Shown: positions 38,586 to 47,911 of the stretch, piece after piece
Position numbering within the stretch: position 1 is the stretch's first letter
How the letters are laid out: the number at the start of each line of letters is the position of its first letter
Source: a virus
Direction: 5' to 3' (one strand)
DNA length: 64,000 bases
IMG/VR virus record: IMGVR_UViG_3300036857_000619
Span: 1 to 64,000 of that record
Made by a program: the position numbers and the translations under genes
The notes under the pieces: model-generated
The model's input: the letters and a program-made list of their open reading frames with translations, nothing else
What the model was told of the DNA's origin: nothing
Databases searched by the model: none

Positions 38586-39212
38586 ATGACGCGTCAGCCG
38601 CTGCGTGGCGTGTATGCCATCGTGCACACCGCCAGTCGCCAGGCGTACGTCGGCTGCACTGACGACATCGAGTCGCGCTGGCGCTGGCACCTGCTGCACC
38701 TGGCCGCCGGCAAACACCACAGCCCGGCGCTGCTGGCAGCCTGGACCGAGCACGGCCGCGACGCTTTCGACTTCCGCATCCTCGAGCTCGTGCTCCCCGC
38801 GCGCCCGCTGCGACCGCGCGAGGAGTTCTGGATGAAGGCGTTCGGCGGGCGGCTCTACAACGCCATGCCCGACAACCGTCACGGCCCCGAGAGCCGCGCC
38901 GCCATGAGCCGCGCCCAGCTGCTCGCCTGGGAGCGGCGCTACCTCGAGGGCCGCGACACGCTGAGTCTCGAGACGCGCCGCGAGATCGCGCGCACCACTG
39001 CGCGCTGGGCGCGCCAGCTCGTCGTTCGCGCGCAGAAGCACCTGTCCGCCATCCGCCAGGACGCCGCGGCCAACTTCCGCTCGCCCGAGGCGATCGCCAA
39101 GAACGCCGCCGCCCTGCGCGGCGTACCCAAAAGCCCGTCACATCGCGCCGCGATGCAAGCCCGACATACCAGCGGGACGTGTAAATGTCACCCGCGAAAG
39201 GACCCATCGTGA
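38586..39212 (+). CDS. GIY-YIG homing-type endonuclease (208 aa)
   Basis: GVYAIV.....AYVGCT.DI..RW..H...L....H.S..L..AW..HG...F.F.ILE...RE; NUMOD-like basic tail. Confidence 0.8.
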   Translation: MTRQPLRGVYAIVHTASRQAYVGCTDDIESRWRWHLLHLAAGKHHSPALLAAWTEHGRDAFDFRILELVLPARPLRPREEFWMKAFGGRLYNAMPDNRHGPESRAAMSRAQLLAWERRYLEGRDTLSLETRREIARTTARWARQLVVRAQKHLSAIRQDAAANFRSPEAIAKNAAALRGVPKSPSHRAAMQARHTSGTCKCHPRKDPS

Positions 39213-39427
39213 GTACCGACGACTCGCGTATCGAGCAACGATTGGGCCGCATCGAGCAACGTCTCGACAGCGTTGACCGTGTGCTGGACCGCCATCTGGA
39301 ACTGCTCACCGAGATCTCGACGCGCATGGCGACCAGCTTCGCCCGCATCGAGGGGCGGCTGGAGCAGATCGACCAGCGCCTGGGCCGCATCGAACTCCAC
39401 TTTCAGGCCCCGGAGCAAGCAGCGTGA
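39209..39427 (+). CDS. Short coiled-coil protein (72 aa)
   Basis: Repeated RIEQRLGRIE heptads. Confidence 0.6.
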   Translation: MSTDDSRIEQRLGRIEQRLDSVDRVLDRHLELLTEISTRMATSFARIEGRLEQIDQRLGRIELHFQAPEQAA

Positions 39428-39880
39428 CCGAGATCGAAACAACGCCTTGCGGCAATCCGAACTGTCCCTGGTACGGCGCAGACGGGACGCACTATGCGCT
39501 GGATGCGCCGTGGTGTGGCCGCTGCGCACGGCTGGGCGAGACGCTGCTGGCCATCATGCGCCACGCCTTTGCATCCGCGTGGAGTCAGGCCGATCGGTCG
39601 TGACTGACGCGCCGACCTGTCGCGACTGCGCGATCCCGATCGACCCGACCGGGGCGAGCGTGCCCACGCTGTGCCCGGAGTGCTACGCCAAACACCGCGC
39701 GCGCATCCAGACCGAGCTGCTGGCGCTGATCGAGCGCGGCACGAGCCTCGACCAGCTGCTCGACGAGCTGCGCTGGCAGCTGCTCGAGCTCGGCATGCAC
39801 CGCGAGACCGCCGACCGCTCCGTCGACCGCATGCGCGTTTCGATGCTGCTCAATCTGCCCTGGGAAGCCGTCGCCACGTC

Positions 39881-40474
39881 TTGACCACCACCCCGAGCGC
39901 CCCCGACTGGCGCAAGATCGTTCCACCGCCCCGCCTGGCGCGCCGCCCGCGCGATCAGCGTGGATTCGTCATCCCCTTCTCCGTCGATGACGGGACCGAC
40001 CACCCGGACTTCCGCATCACGCAGGCCGACAAGCTGCGCGAGCTGCTCAACAAGCACCTGTGCTGGCTGTGCGGCGAGGCGCTCGACTACTGGATGTGCT
40101 TCATCGGCGGGCCGCTGTCGATCACGAATCGGAGCTTCACCGATGGCCCGATGCACGAGGCGTGCGCGGTCTACGCGCTGCGCGTGTGCCCGTTCCTGGC
40201 CAGCCCGAACGGCCGCTACACCTCGAGCGAAGACAACATCCCCGAGGGCGGCGGCTACAACCAGCTCGTCGCCGACACGCGCCCGGAGCTCTTCGGACTC
40301 GGCTTCACGCACGGCTACAAGACGGGCGTCGCGCCCAACGGCATGCTGTTCATGCGCGCCGAGTCCTGGCGCAAGGTGATCTGGTACAGCCACGCCGGCC
40401 AGGTCGTGCGCCGCCAGATCTTCGACAACGCCACCCGCACCGACCGCAAGAAACCTCGCAATCGCCACGGCTAG
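39881..40474 (+). CDS. Conserved Zn-binding hypothetical protein (197 aa)
   Basis: LCWLCG...FIGGP...MHEACA.YAL.VCPFL. Confidence 0.65.
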   Translation: MTTTPSAPDWRKIVPPPRLARRPRDQRGFVIPFSVDDGTDHPDFRITQADKLRELLNKHLCWLCGEALDYWMCFIGGPLSITNRSFTDGPMHEACAVYALRVCPFLASPNGRYTSSEDNIPEGGGYNQLVADTRPELFGLGFTHGYKTGVAPNGMLFMRAESWRKVIWYSHAGQVVRRQIFDNATRTDRKKPRNRHG

Positions 40475-40501
40475 ATAAGCCGTTGATCTGCTAGAATTTC
40501 T
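40475..40501 (+). promoter_or_regulatory. Promoter family copy 11
   Basis: ATAAGCCGTTGATCTGC-TAGAAT-TTCT. Confidence 0.6.
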
Positions 40502-40630
40502 TTACGAGATGTCTCCCGCGTGCTCGTCGAACACATCGTCTCCGCCGAGACGATTGACGACGCGCTCGTCGCAGCCCGCTTATCGCAGGGCGTCGTGACC
40601 ACCGCGGCGCGCCTTGACCCCTGAGGACCC

Positions 40631-41602
40631 GTGCCAAGCTCCTACCGGAGGATTCGCTGTTTGACCCATGACATGACGCCGGGCGGCAAACGACCCGACG
40701 ACCGACACCCTGGCCCATCTCGCCAGTGGCCCGCTGACATGACACCCCCGCCCGTCGGGTATGACGAGGACGGCCCGATCCCGGCCGATCCGCGCCACAT
40801 CACCGGCCAGGTCTTCGTCCGCGAGACCGGCGCTGTCACGCTCGACGGACGCCGCCTCGTGCAGTTCGCCGGCGTGATCGCGCTCGACCAGCGCGCGCTC
40901 GAAGGCGAGCACCAGTACGTCGTGCTCGGCCGCGTCGACCCCGAGACCGACATCGTCCGCCTGAGCGTCATCTCGCGCGAGGCGGTGCACGACCGCACCG
41001 AGCTGGCGCGCGGCAAGAGCATCGACGACCTGCTCGGCGAGCCGATCTGGACGACGTAGATGAGCATGCAAGCCGTGCATGTCGCCAAGCGCTTCCACGG
41101 ACTCGAGTCGCCGTACTTTCAGGAGGCGCTCAAGCTGGTGCCGATGGACGACCAGCAACTGCTCGCCTGCGAACTGTGCGGCCATCAGGTCTTCGTCCAG
41201 CACAGCGCGCGGGCAATCACCGCTCCGCAAGGAGCACCCGTGTGGTGCATCCAGTGCGTGAGCGTCGATCACCCCGTGCCGGGTCTGGAGTTGGAGGCCT
41301 GTCCGTCGCCATGTGTGTTTGCGCTCGGTGCGCTGCGCGTGTGGGAGATCGAGGCCCGCACCCGCTACCGCGTCGCCGCGCATTCGGCGCACGCCGCACT
41401 CCAGGTACTGCACGAGCTGGATGAGTGCACGCCGCTCGACGAGCACATTTCTCAGGAGGTCGATGTCCAGTTCATCGCCTCCTGCTCGGTTGACGAATCG
41501 ACCATCGAGGACGTCAGCGACGAGCACGACCACGATCACCCGCTGTGGGTAAGCCACCGCGACGCCTGTTCGATCTGCCGGGGGGAAACGTCGGGCAAGT
41601 GA
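40631..41602 (+). other. Two hypothetical ORFs (40631..41059, 41060..41602)
   Basis: GC3 bias; the second has several CxxC. Confidence 0.55.
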
Positions 41603-42030
41603 CACTCAACTGCGACTTTTGCTGTTCCGGAGCACCGAGCGCGGTGTATCTCGTCAGCGGTTTCACCACCGACACGCCGCTTATGCGCTTCGTCAACGCC
41701 GACGGCGCGTGGGGCGCGTGCGAGTTCTGCGCGAAGATGATCGACGCCGACCGCCTCGGCGATCTCGTTGATCGCGTCCTTCGCCTCGGCACGTTCCGCG
41801 AGATGATCCGCGATCCACGCTTCGTCCCAATCGTCAAGCTGCACGTGCGCCAGGTCTACGCCGAGATCCTGCGCCACCGCTCCGATGGGATCACCACCGA
41901 CGATCCGCGCGCGGTCGCCCTGGCGCACCCGGACGACAGCCCCATCGGCGTCGCGTGGCGGCACAATCGCGACGGCTCGCTGGACATCGCGCCCATCCCA
42001 CCGGCCCCGCCGCATCCGCTGCGACCATGA
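41599..42030 (+). CDS. CxxC protein (143 aa), paralog of 36719..37096
   Basis: CDFC...GAWGACEFC..MID.D....L.DR. Confidence 0.7.
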   Translation: MTLNCDFCCSGAPSAVYLVSGFTTDTPLMRFVNADGAWGACEFCAKMIDADRLGDLVDRVLRLGTFREMIRDPRFVPIVKLHVRQVYAEILRHRSDGITTDDPRAVALAHPDDSPIGVAWRHNRDGSLDIAPIPPAPPHPLRP

Positions 42031-42620
42031 ATCCGTCAGCAGCCACGCCCAGCCACATCTCCGGGCCCGCACACCGCGTGCGGGCTCCGCGACGTGTATC
42101 CGACCATCCGCGCAGAAACGCGCCAGAATCGCGTCTACGCGCGTTCTGGGGGCATGCGCCGTGAGCCGCCAGCCACACTCGGTCCGCATGGCGCAGCAGG
42201 AGGAGCTGTTGCAGCTGCGCCTGGAGTTGGACCGCCGACTGAATCTCTACCACTCGATCGTGGTCGGCTACCTGGGCGATTCCCCGAAAGCCACGCGGGA
42301 TCGCATCGAGGAGCTGGAACGTGACGCTCGCTCCGCCTGGGACGGCTATTGCGGCGCGCTGAGCCGCGCCTGGTACGCCGAGCTTCAGCACGACCAGCAC
42401 GACGAATTGGAGTTCGAGAACTGATGGGAGGATCCCCCGTGACTGTTCGTGAGTTGCTCAAATCGCTTCTTGAGCTGGACAACCTCGATCTTGAGATCGT
42501 CGTCAGTGTCGATGTCCATCCAATCGCTCGGGTCGATACCGACTATGTGCCCGGCCGGGTCGTCATCATGACAGGGCCAATCTGAGATGGGGCATTCAAT
42601 GACACGGATGGAGGAGTGAC

Positions 42621-43196
42621 GTGGCGATCGTCAGCACCGAGCCGATGTCGCGGGCCGAGTTCCGGCAACTGCTCAAGAACGATGATCGTCGCTTGGAGCT
42701 CTGGCCCGATGGACTCGTGCGCGAGAAACCACCTGTGACGCTCGGCCACAGTCGGCTGGCATCGAGACTGGTCGAATTTCTCGAGGCTGGTCTGCCGGCT
42801 CGACGAGCGGTACTCGTCGAGGCGTACGCCGATTGGGCCGATCGTCCGATGCTTCGCCCTGACGCGATGGTCTACGCACAGGACGAGTATCTGGCCATGT
42901 GGGAGCGGGTTGGCCAGGCGGGCTATGCCGACGTCCCTCCGGCCGTTGCGATCGAGATTCGTTCGCCCGATCAGAACTGGACCGAACTCGTCAACAAGTG
43001 CCGCTACTTTGTCCAGCACGGCGCCCAACGCGCACTCATCATCGACCCGCAGCAACGCGTGGTCATCCTCGTGCGCCAGGACGAGCCGGACGAAGTCGGT
43101 CTGTATATCGAGGATGATGCGCGCGCACTGGATCTCGGACCGCTCTTCGACGATCGCGACGTGCATGTCCGCGAGTTGTTCGCGCTGCTCGGGTGA
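42621..43196 (+). CDS. Uma2 (DUF820) family PD-(D/E)xK nuclease (191 aa)
   Basis: H.RL..RL, PDAMVY, PAVAIEIRSPD, NKCRYF..HG.....IIDP. Confidence 0.85.
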   Translation: MAIVSTEPMSRAEFRQLLKNDDRRLELWPDGLVREKPPVTLGHSRLASRLVEFLEAGLPARRAVLVEAYADWADRPMLRPDAMVYAQDEYLAMWERVGQAGYADVPPAVAIEIRSPDQNWTELVNKCRYFVQHGAQRALIIDPQQRVVILVRQDEPDEVGLYIEDDARALDLGPLFDDRDVHVRELFALLG

Positions 43197-43202
43197 AAGC
43201 GA

Positions 43203-43619
43203 ATGCTGGATAGACGCGTCAACGGCCCGGCCGAGCTGGTCGAGTCGGTGCGCTTCCTGAGCGAGCACGGCGCGTACCGCGACGCGCTGGTGACCGCCAG
43301 CGTGTGGGCGCCGCGCTACGCCGGGCAGTTCTCAGCCGAGCAGCAGACCGAGCTCAACGCACTGCTCGGCCAGGCTGAGGAAGCTGCCGATGTCGAGGTC
43401 GCGCGCACCAACCGTGTCGAGCTGGACCGCACCGATCTGCAGCAGCTGGAGTGGGCGCTCGAAGAGCTGCGCCTGTTGCACGACGACCAGATCGGCCAGC
43501 ACCTGATGACGCAGCCGATACTCCGTTGCCAGTGTGCGGTCGCCAGCCGCTACCGCAAGGCGCGCGACGTCACCGATCGGCTGCGTGGCGACCTGGGGCT
43601 CCGGCCGCGCATCCTGTAG
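43203..43619 (+). CDS. Hypothetical protein (138 aa)
   Basis: ORF track; GC3 bias. Confidence 0.55.
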   Translation: MLDRRVNGPAELVESVRFLSEHGAYRDALVTASVWAPRYAGQFSAEQQTELNALLGQAEEAADVEVARTNRVELDRTDLQQLEWALEELRLLHDDQIGQHLMTQPILRCQCAVASRYRKARDVTDRLRGDLGLRPRIL

Positions 43620-43661
43620 CCCAGGCCCTACCACACCCCACCCCACCGGAAGGAGCCAACC

Positions 43662-44096
43662 GTGCCCCGCCGCAAACGCCAGGACCTGCTTCACCCGCGC
43701 GAGAACGAGATCGTCACCGCCTACCAAGCCGGCACTCCGACCAAAGACATCCTCGCCGACCTGCACATCAGCACCAACACGCTCGCGCAGGTGCGCCACA
43801 AGCACGGCCTGGGCCGACGGCGCGCCTCGCGCCCGACGCTCACCGTCGCGTCCGCGCCCGCCGAACAGTTCGCCGAGCCGGATCTCGAGCGGCTCAATGC
43901 GGGTACCGGCTTCGCCACGCCGCAGCTGCCGCCGTCGGACGGCCAGGCCCCGCCGGCGCCGCTCTGGGAGATCTCCTACGTCAGCACGACCACCGAAGGC
44001 GTGGTCGCCCCCGACATCGACACGGCATTGCGGCTGCTGCGCGAGCGCCACGGGGCGTCGATTGATATTCGCTTGGTACGCCGCGCGGAATCATGA
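43662..44096 (+). CDS. HTH DNA-binding protein (144 aa)
   Basis: EIVTAYQAG.PTKDILADLHISTNTLAQV; GAAGGAG SD. Confidence 0.6.
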   Translation: MPRRKRQDLLHPRENEIVTAYQAGTPTKDILADLHISTNTLAQVRHKHGLGRRRASRPTLTVASAPAEQFAEPDLERLNAGTGFATPQLPPSDGQAPPAPLWEISYVSTTTEGVVAPDIDTALRLLRERHGASIDIRLVRRAES

Positions 44097-44137
44097 ATTT
44101 GCCTATGAACGCTTCCATCTCACTAGAATTTCCCGAC

Positions 44138-44539
44138 GTGATCGACGCTGCTCGCCGGACGCATATGAGCGTGCGCGAAGCCGCGCAGCTGCTGGGGCTG
44201 GCACCACAGCGCGTCGGCTTCTACATTCGACGCGGCGACCTGCCCGCGACCAGCGTCAACGGCCTCGACTACGTCCTGCTGCGCAAGGACGTCTTGCAGT
44301 TCGACCGCGAGCGGCGCTCCGGCAAACGCCAGACGACCCCTGGCCGACCCGGTCGCGAGAAACTTGCCCGGCTGCAGGCCGAACGCGAACTGGCCGACGA
44401 GCGTGCCGCGCAGCTCCGCAAGCTGCGGCCAACGCGCCCGATCCCCACCCGCGAAGAACTGCAGCGCATGCAGCGCGAGAACGCCGCCCGCCGCCGCGCC
44501 CGGCGACGCGCCGAAGCTCAGGCCGCCTCGTCCGCCTGA
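44138..44539 (+). CDS. Excisionase/MerR-like HTH protein (probably leaderless GTG start; ORF extends to 44093)
   Basis: MSVREAAQLLGLAPQRVGFYIRRGDLPA...Y.L...DV; TAGAAT at 44124-29. Confidence 0.7.
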   Translation: MIDAARRTHMSVREAAQLLGLAPQRVGFYIRRGDLPATSVNGLDYVLLRKDVLQFDRERRSGKRQTTPGRPGREKLARLQAERELADERAAQLRKLRPTRPIPTREELQRMQRENAARRRARRRAEAQAASSA

Positions 44540-44706
44540 AGCGGCCGCGGCCGCGGCACCTCGAAGCGGTTCAGGTCGTGGTCGTACACCACGTAGGTGT
44601 CGGCCAGCAGCCCGTCGCGCGCGATCGCGTACAGCACGATCTCTTCAGGCGTCTCGGCATTGCCGACGAAGCCTCGCTCGCCGACGCGCACGATCCAGGT
44701 CTTCAC
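44518..44706 (-). CDS. Small hypothetical protein (62 aa), last gene of the late arm
   Basis: Overlaps the 3' end of the + strand HTH gene by 22 bp. Confidence 0.55.
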   Translation of the reverse strand: MKTWIVRVGERGFVGNAETPEEIVLYAIARDGLLADTYVVYDHDLNRFEVPRPRPLQADEAA

Positions 44707-44939
44707 ACGTGGGCCACCGCCATGAGCCGCACCTTCGTTTTCCAGGGCACGCGCACCACGCGGCCGCGTTTGCCGGCGACGAAGGCGGTGCTCATCAGCA
44801 AGGCTTTGGCCGTCTCGGCGTCGCCCTCGGTGTCGAACTCGTAGACCACCGCCTCGCGCGCATCGGGAAACCGATTCAGGAACTCGAGCTCGGGCTCGAC
44901 GCGCTTTTCGACCAGCTGCTCGGGGTTCGGGATCGTCAT
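44703..44939 (-). CDS. Small hypothetical protein (78 aa)
   Basis: MTIPNPEQL...; coupled to the MTase stop. Confidence 0.6.
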   Translation of the reverse strand: MTIPNPEQLVEKRVEPELEFLNRFPDAREAVVYEFDTEGDAETAKALLMSTAFVAGKRGRVVRVPWKTKVRLMAVAHV

Positions 44940-45586
44940 CAGCACCTGGCTCCTTTCTTGGCCACTGCCCAATATGCGTGGGCTCTTCTCGAGTGATGCA
45001 CCACCTGCCAGTTGTGGCCAGTCATCGTTTCGGCCCGCCGCTCTTCTTTGATCAGCGGCTCGCACGCCACGAGCCCCGGCGTCGCGCGCACCGCCAGGAT
45101 GTAGTCGACGTACTGGTGGCGGTAGCGGCCGCGGTGCACCTGGTCGATGACCTTGCACAGGATCGTGCCGCGGCGTTTGAGCACGCGCGCCGCCTCGAGC
45201 AGGAACGGCGCAAACAGGTGGCAGATGTCCGGCGCGTGCTGCAAGTCATCATTCCGCGCGCCGAAGTGGCTCGCGTAGCGGCTCCTGGCCCCCGCCTCGG
45301 CGATGTGCGGCGGGTCGAAGACGACCACGTCGAAGGTGCCCGTCCACTCCTCAGGTAGCTCCCTGAAGTCGTAGTGGCTGTCCGCCTCCAGCTCGGGGTT
45401 GCTGTCGTTGCGCCACGGCTGGTACTCGAGGCCGCGCCACATGCTGCCGCGGCCGAAGGTCGCGTCGAGAATCCGCGGCTGGGCTGGCGCGTGCAACTCG
45501 AGCAGCTGGCGCAGGCAATCCTGGTCGGTGCCGTGCAGGATCGAGCGCGGCCGTGTCGTGACTGCCACCCGACCGACGATAGCCAC
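44939..45586 (-). CDS. DNA amino-methyltransferase (N6-A/N4-C type), 215 aa
   Basis: ILDATFGRGSMW (motif I) and FDVVVFDPPH (motif IV variant). Confidence 0.75.
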   Translation of the reverse strand: MAIVGRVAVTTRPRSILHGTDQDCLRQLLELHAPAQPRILDATFGRGSMWRGLEYQPWRNDSNPELEADSHYDFRELPEEWTGTFDVVVFDPPHIAEAGARSRYASHFGARNDDLQHAPDICHLFAPFLLEAARVLKRRGTILCKVIDQVHRGRYRHQYVDYILAVRATPGLVACEPLIKEERRAETMTGHNWQVVHHSRRAHAYWAVAKKGARC

Positions 45587-45621
45587 CGCGTCTGGCGTTG
45601 TCCCGGCCTGGGCCGGCAGGG

Positions 45622-46038
45622 TCAGACTTCGTTCCGATTCGCCGTCAACACCACGCTGCCGTCCTCAAAGGCAAACGTGTAGCTGCCCGTACCGTCCGGC
45701 CACTCGTAGCCCAGGCAATGCACCGTTGGCCAGTGGGACTGCTGACCTGCCAGATTGAGCTCAATGGCGCGCCGCCGGAAAAAGACGGGCCGCATGCTGG
45801 GATGCGTGATGCGCACGGCTAGCTGCGACAGACCCTCACGTCGCGGCAGCAGCACCATGGTCTGCACGCGCGGCACGTCGATGTGCGCCCAGGCGGCGTG
45901 CGAGGCGCTCGAGCCTTCGCACTCAAACAGCCCGGTGTTGTCGTGGTACACCGCGACCCACGTCCACGCGTCCTTACAGTGCGTGCAGACGGGCGGGTGC
46001 CACCCATCGGGAGCACCCCGTCGGGCGAGCATGGTCAT
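45622..46038 (-). CDS. Hypothetical protein (138 aa)
   Basis: ATGA coupling with the upstream gene. Confidence 0.6.
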   Translation of the reverse strand: MTMLARRGAPDGWHPPVCTHCKDAWTWVAVYHDNTGLFECEGSSASHAAWAHIDVPRVQTMVLLPRREGLSQLAVRITHPSMRPVFFRRRAIELNLAGQQSHWPTVHCLGYEWPDGTGSYTFAFEDGSVVLTANRNEV

Positions 46039-46343
46039 GGGGACACGTCAAGAGCGATGACGATCGGCGCGGTCGGCGCGATGGCCCCAGCGTCGGTCGT
46101 GAAATCCATCGCACCGCTGAAGTTCGGCAGCGTGGGATCGCTGTCACACGTCACTGTCACCGTGACGGGCGCCAGCGCGCGCAGCGTGGCCTGTGCCTGA
46201 TTGGAACCGTCAACCAGCGTAATGGTGGACTGGTCCGGATCACTGGTGGTCCACGCGGGCGGTCCGGTCCAGTCCGTTTCGCCCGATGGGAATGCAACCT
46301 CCAGCAGCACGTCGGTGTCGGGCGGGATCGTGGACATCGTCAT
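46035..46343 (-). CDS. Ig-like small virion protein (102 aa)
   Basis: PAWTTSDP..., VTVTVT, F.G...F beta pattern. Confidence 0.45.
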   Translation of the reverse strand: MTMSTIPPDTDVLLEVAFPSGETDWTGPPAWTTSDPDQSTITLVDGSNQAQATLRALAPVTVTVTCDSDPTLPNFSGAMDFTTDAGAIAPTAPIVIALDVSP

Positions 46344-46485
46344 GGTTCGTCGTAATTGTTCGGCTCAGCCTCCGGTCGGGCCAAGCGCCGGGCCGGCGCG
46401 ATGTGCTTCGACCCACGCCGCCGCCGCGGCTTTGCCCTCATCGGTGTAGGGGAAACGCTTCTGGTGCTCATAGATTCGCGAGCCC

Positions 46486-47031
46486 TTATGCTTCGTCGTA
46501 CCCAAGCACGATGTTGCCCAGTGACGCACTGCCAGGTCCGCCCGCGTAGGTCGAATCCACCGCGAGCTCAATGCCTAGCAACAGCGTCGTCCCGATACCC
46601 GTGCTTGCCGTTGATTGGGACGTGTTGTCGTACTGCACAGCCGTTGGGGTGATGGCCGTATAGCCACTCGGTGCCGTTGGCCCGGAATTCGACGTGGTCT
46701 GGTCAGCCGTAGCTTTCGACGTCGTCTGCTGGTTGAACGTCGTCGGCCAGTTGGCCTGGGTATCCGTTTTCCAGTGCATACCGAGCCCTGCGGCGAAGGC
46801 CGATGAAATGCGCACGGTCCGGTTGCTGATCGTGGTGGTGCTTGTCGCCGTGACAGCGAGCTGCAGCGCCTTGAGGTAGGAGTAATTGGTGCCAGTCGAG
46901 GTGGGGATCGGAATCGGCGTCGTGCCGGTCTGCGTATCGACCTTATTCCACGTCACACCCGTTTCGGCATTCACGCCCGCGGGGAGCGTGGCTGATGCCC
47001 CGAAGAACTGGGCTTGGACGGTCGCAGGCAT
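46486..47031 (-). CDS. Thr/Ser-rich virion protein (181 aa), paralog of 47135..47896
   Basis: PIPIPTSTGTNYSYLKALQL ... LGYDEA*. Confidence 0.65.
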   Translation of the reverse strand: MPATVQAQFFGASATLPAGVNAETGVTWNKVDTQTGTTPIPIPTSTGTNYSYLKALQLAVTATSTTTISNRTVRISSAFAAGLGMHWKTDTQANWPTTFNQQTTSKATADQTTSNSGPTAPSGYTAITPTAVQYDNTSQSTASTGIGTTLLLGIELAVDSTYAGGPGSASLGNIVLGYDEA

Positions 47032-47134
47032 CCTCAGACTCCTTCCACGAGGCATTGTCCGGGTGGCCTGCCGCGGCGCCAAGCGCCGGGCCGGCAGGCG
47101 GCCGGCGCCACCTGAGCTCACCCGGTTCGGCCCA

Positions 47135-47896
47135 TCAGAATTCGTCGTAGGAGACGATCAGGTTCGGCACCGCCGCCGTGCCCGGTGTGGTGCCGTATGC
47201 CGTGGAGATAGCGCCGATCACGACCACGAACGGACCAATGCGGCCCTTGTTCAGGACGCTCAACCCCAGCGGGGAGAACTGGGTCGGAGTCGTCAGTGGC
47301 AGCGCATAGCTGGGTGGGACGAACGGCTGTCCGCCAGTCTCCGAAGGCACGTCTGCCGGTCCTGCCGTGTTGAACTGCGCAATCTGTGCGCCGATGGAGT
47401 GATTGAACGCCAGAATTCGATCCACGGTCAGCGTGTAGGGGCCCGTGCCCGTGACGGCCAACACCTGACGTAGCTCAGCCGTCGCGCCCTCATCAATCTG
47501 GACAAAGGCGTTGATGGCATATGCGAAGGATGCGACCAGCGTTACATCGCCGCCTGTGGCACCGGCCGCCAGCGACGATGTGAGCGACAGTTGCGGGATG
47601 TACGTGGGACTGGACGAAAACATCCAGGCCGCGCCGGTGGGCATGCTCGCCGCTGCCCGTACCGTGCCGTTCACCAGCGTGGTCGGTGGCGACGGCAACG
47701 GGTCGAGCACTTCGAGGGCGATCTGCTTGATGGCGCTATACGACGTCCTCGGGCCGGTGGTCGGCACGGGCAGCGGTTCGGTCCCCGTCTGAATGTCCGA
47801 CCGATCCAGACTGACGCCCGTCGATGCGTCGGACCCGACCAGTGGCTCGGTGGCCTCCCCTCCGTACCAACTCGCCCGAATGTTTGCAGTAGGCAT
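47135..47896 (-). CDS. Virion protein (253 aa)
   Basis: PLPVPTTGPRTSYSAIKQIAL ... VSYDEF*; AAAGGAG SD. Confidence 0.7.
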   Translation of the reverse strand: MPTANIRASWYGGEATEPLVGSDASTGVSLDRSDIQTGTEPLPVPTTGPRTSYSAIKQIALEVLDPLPSPPTTLVNGTVRAAASMPTGAAWMFSSSPTYIPQLSLTSSLAAGATGGDVTLVASFAYAINAFVQIDEGATAELRQVLAVTGTGPYTLTVDRILAFNHSIGAQIAQFNTAGPADVPSETGGQPFVPPSYALPLTTPTQFSPLGLSVLNKGRIGPFVVVIGAISTAYGTTPGTAAVPNLIVSYDEF

Positions 47897-47911
47897 GCTG
47901 TCTCCTTTCTC

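Noticed and set aside
44093-44539. Integration/excision module implied by the excisionase-like HTH
   Set aside because: No integrase or att pair is visible in the window; lifestyle cannot be called.
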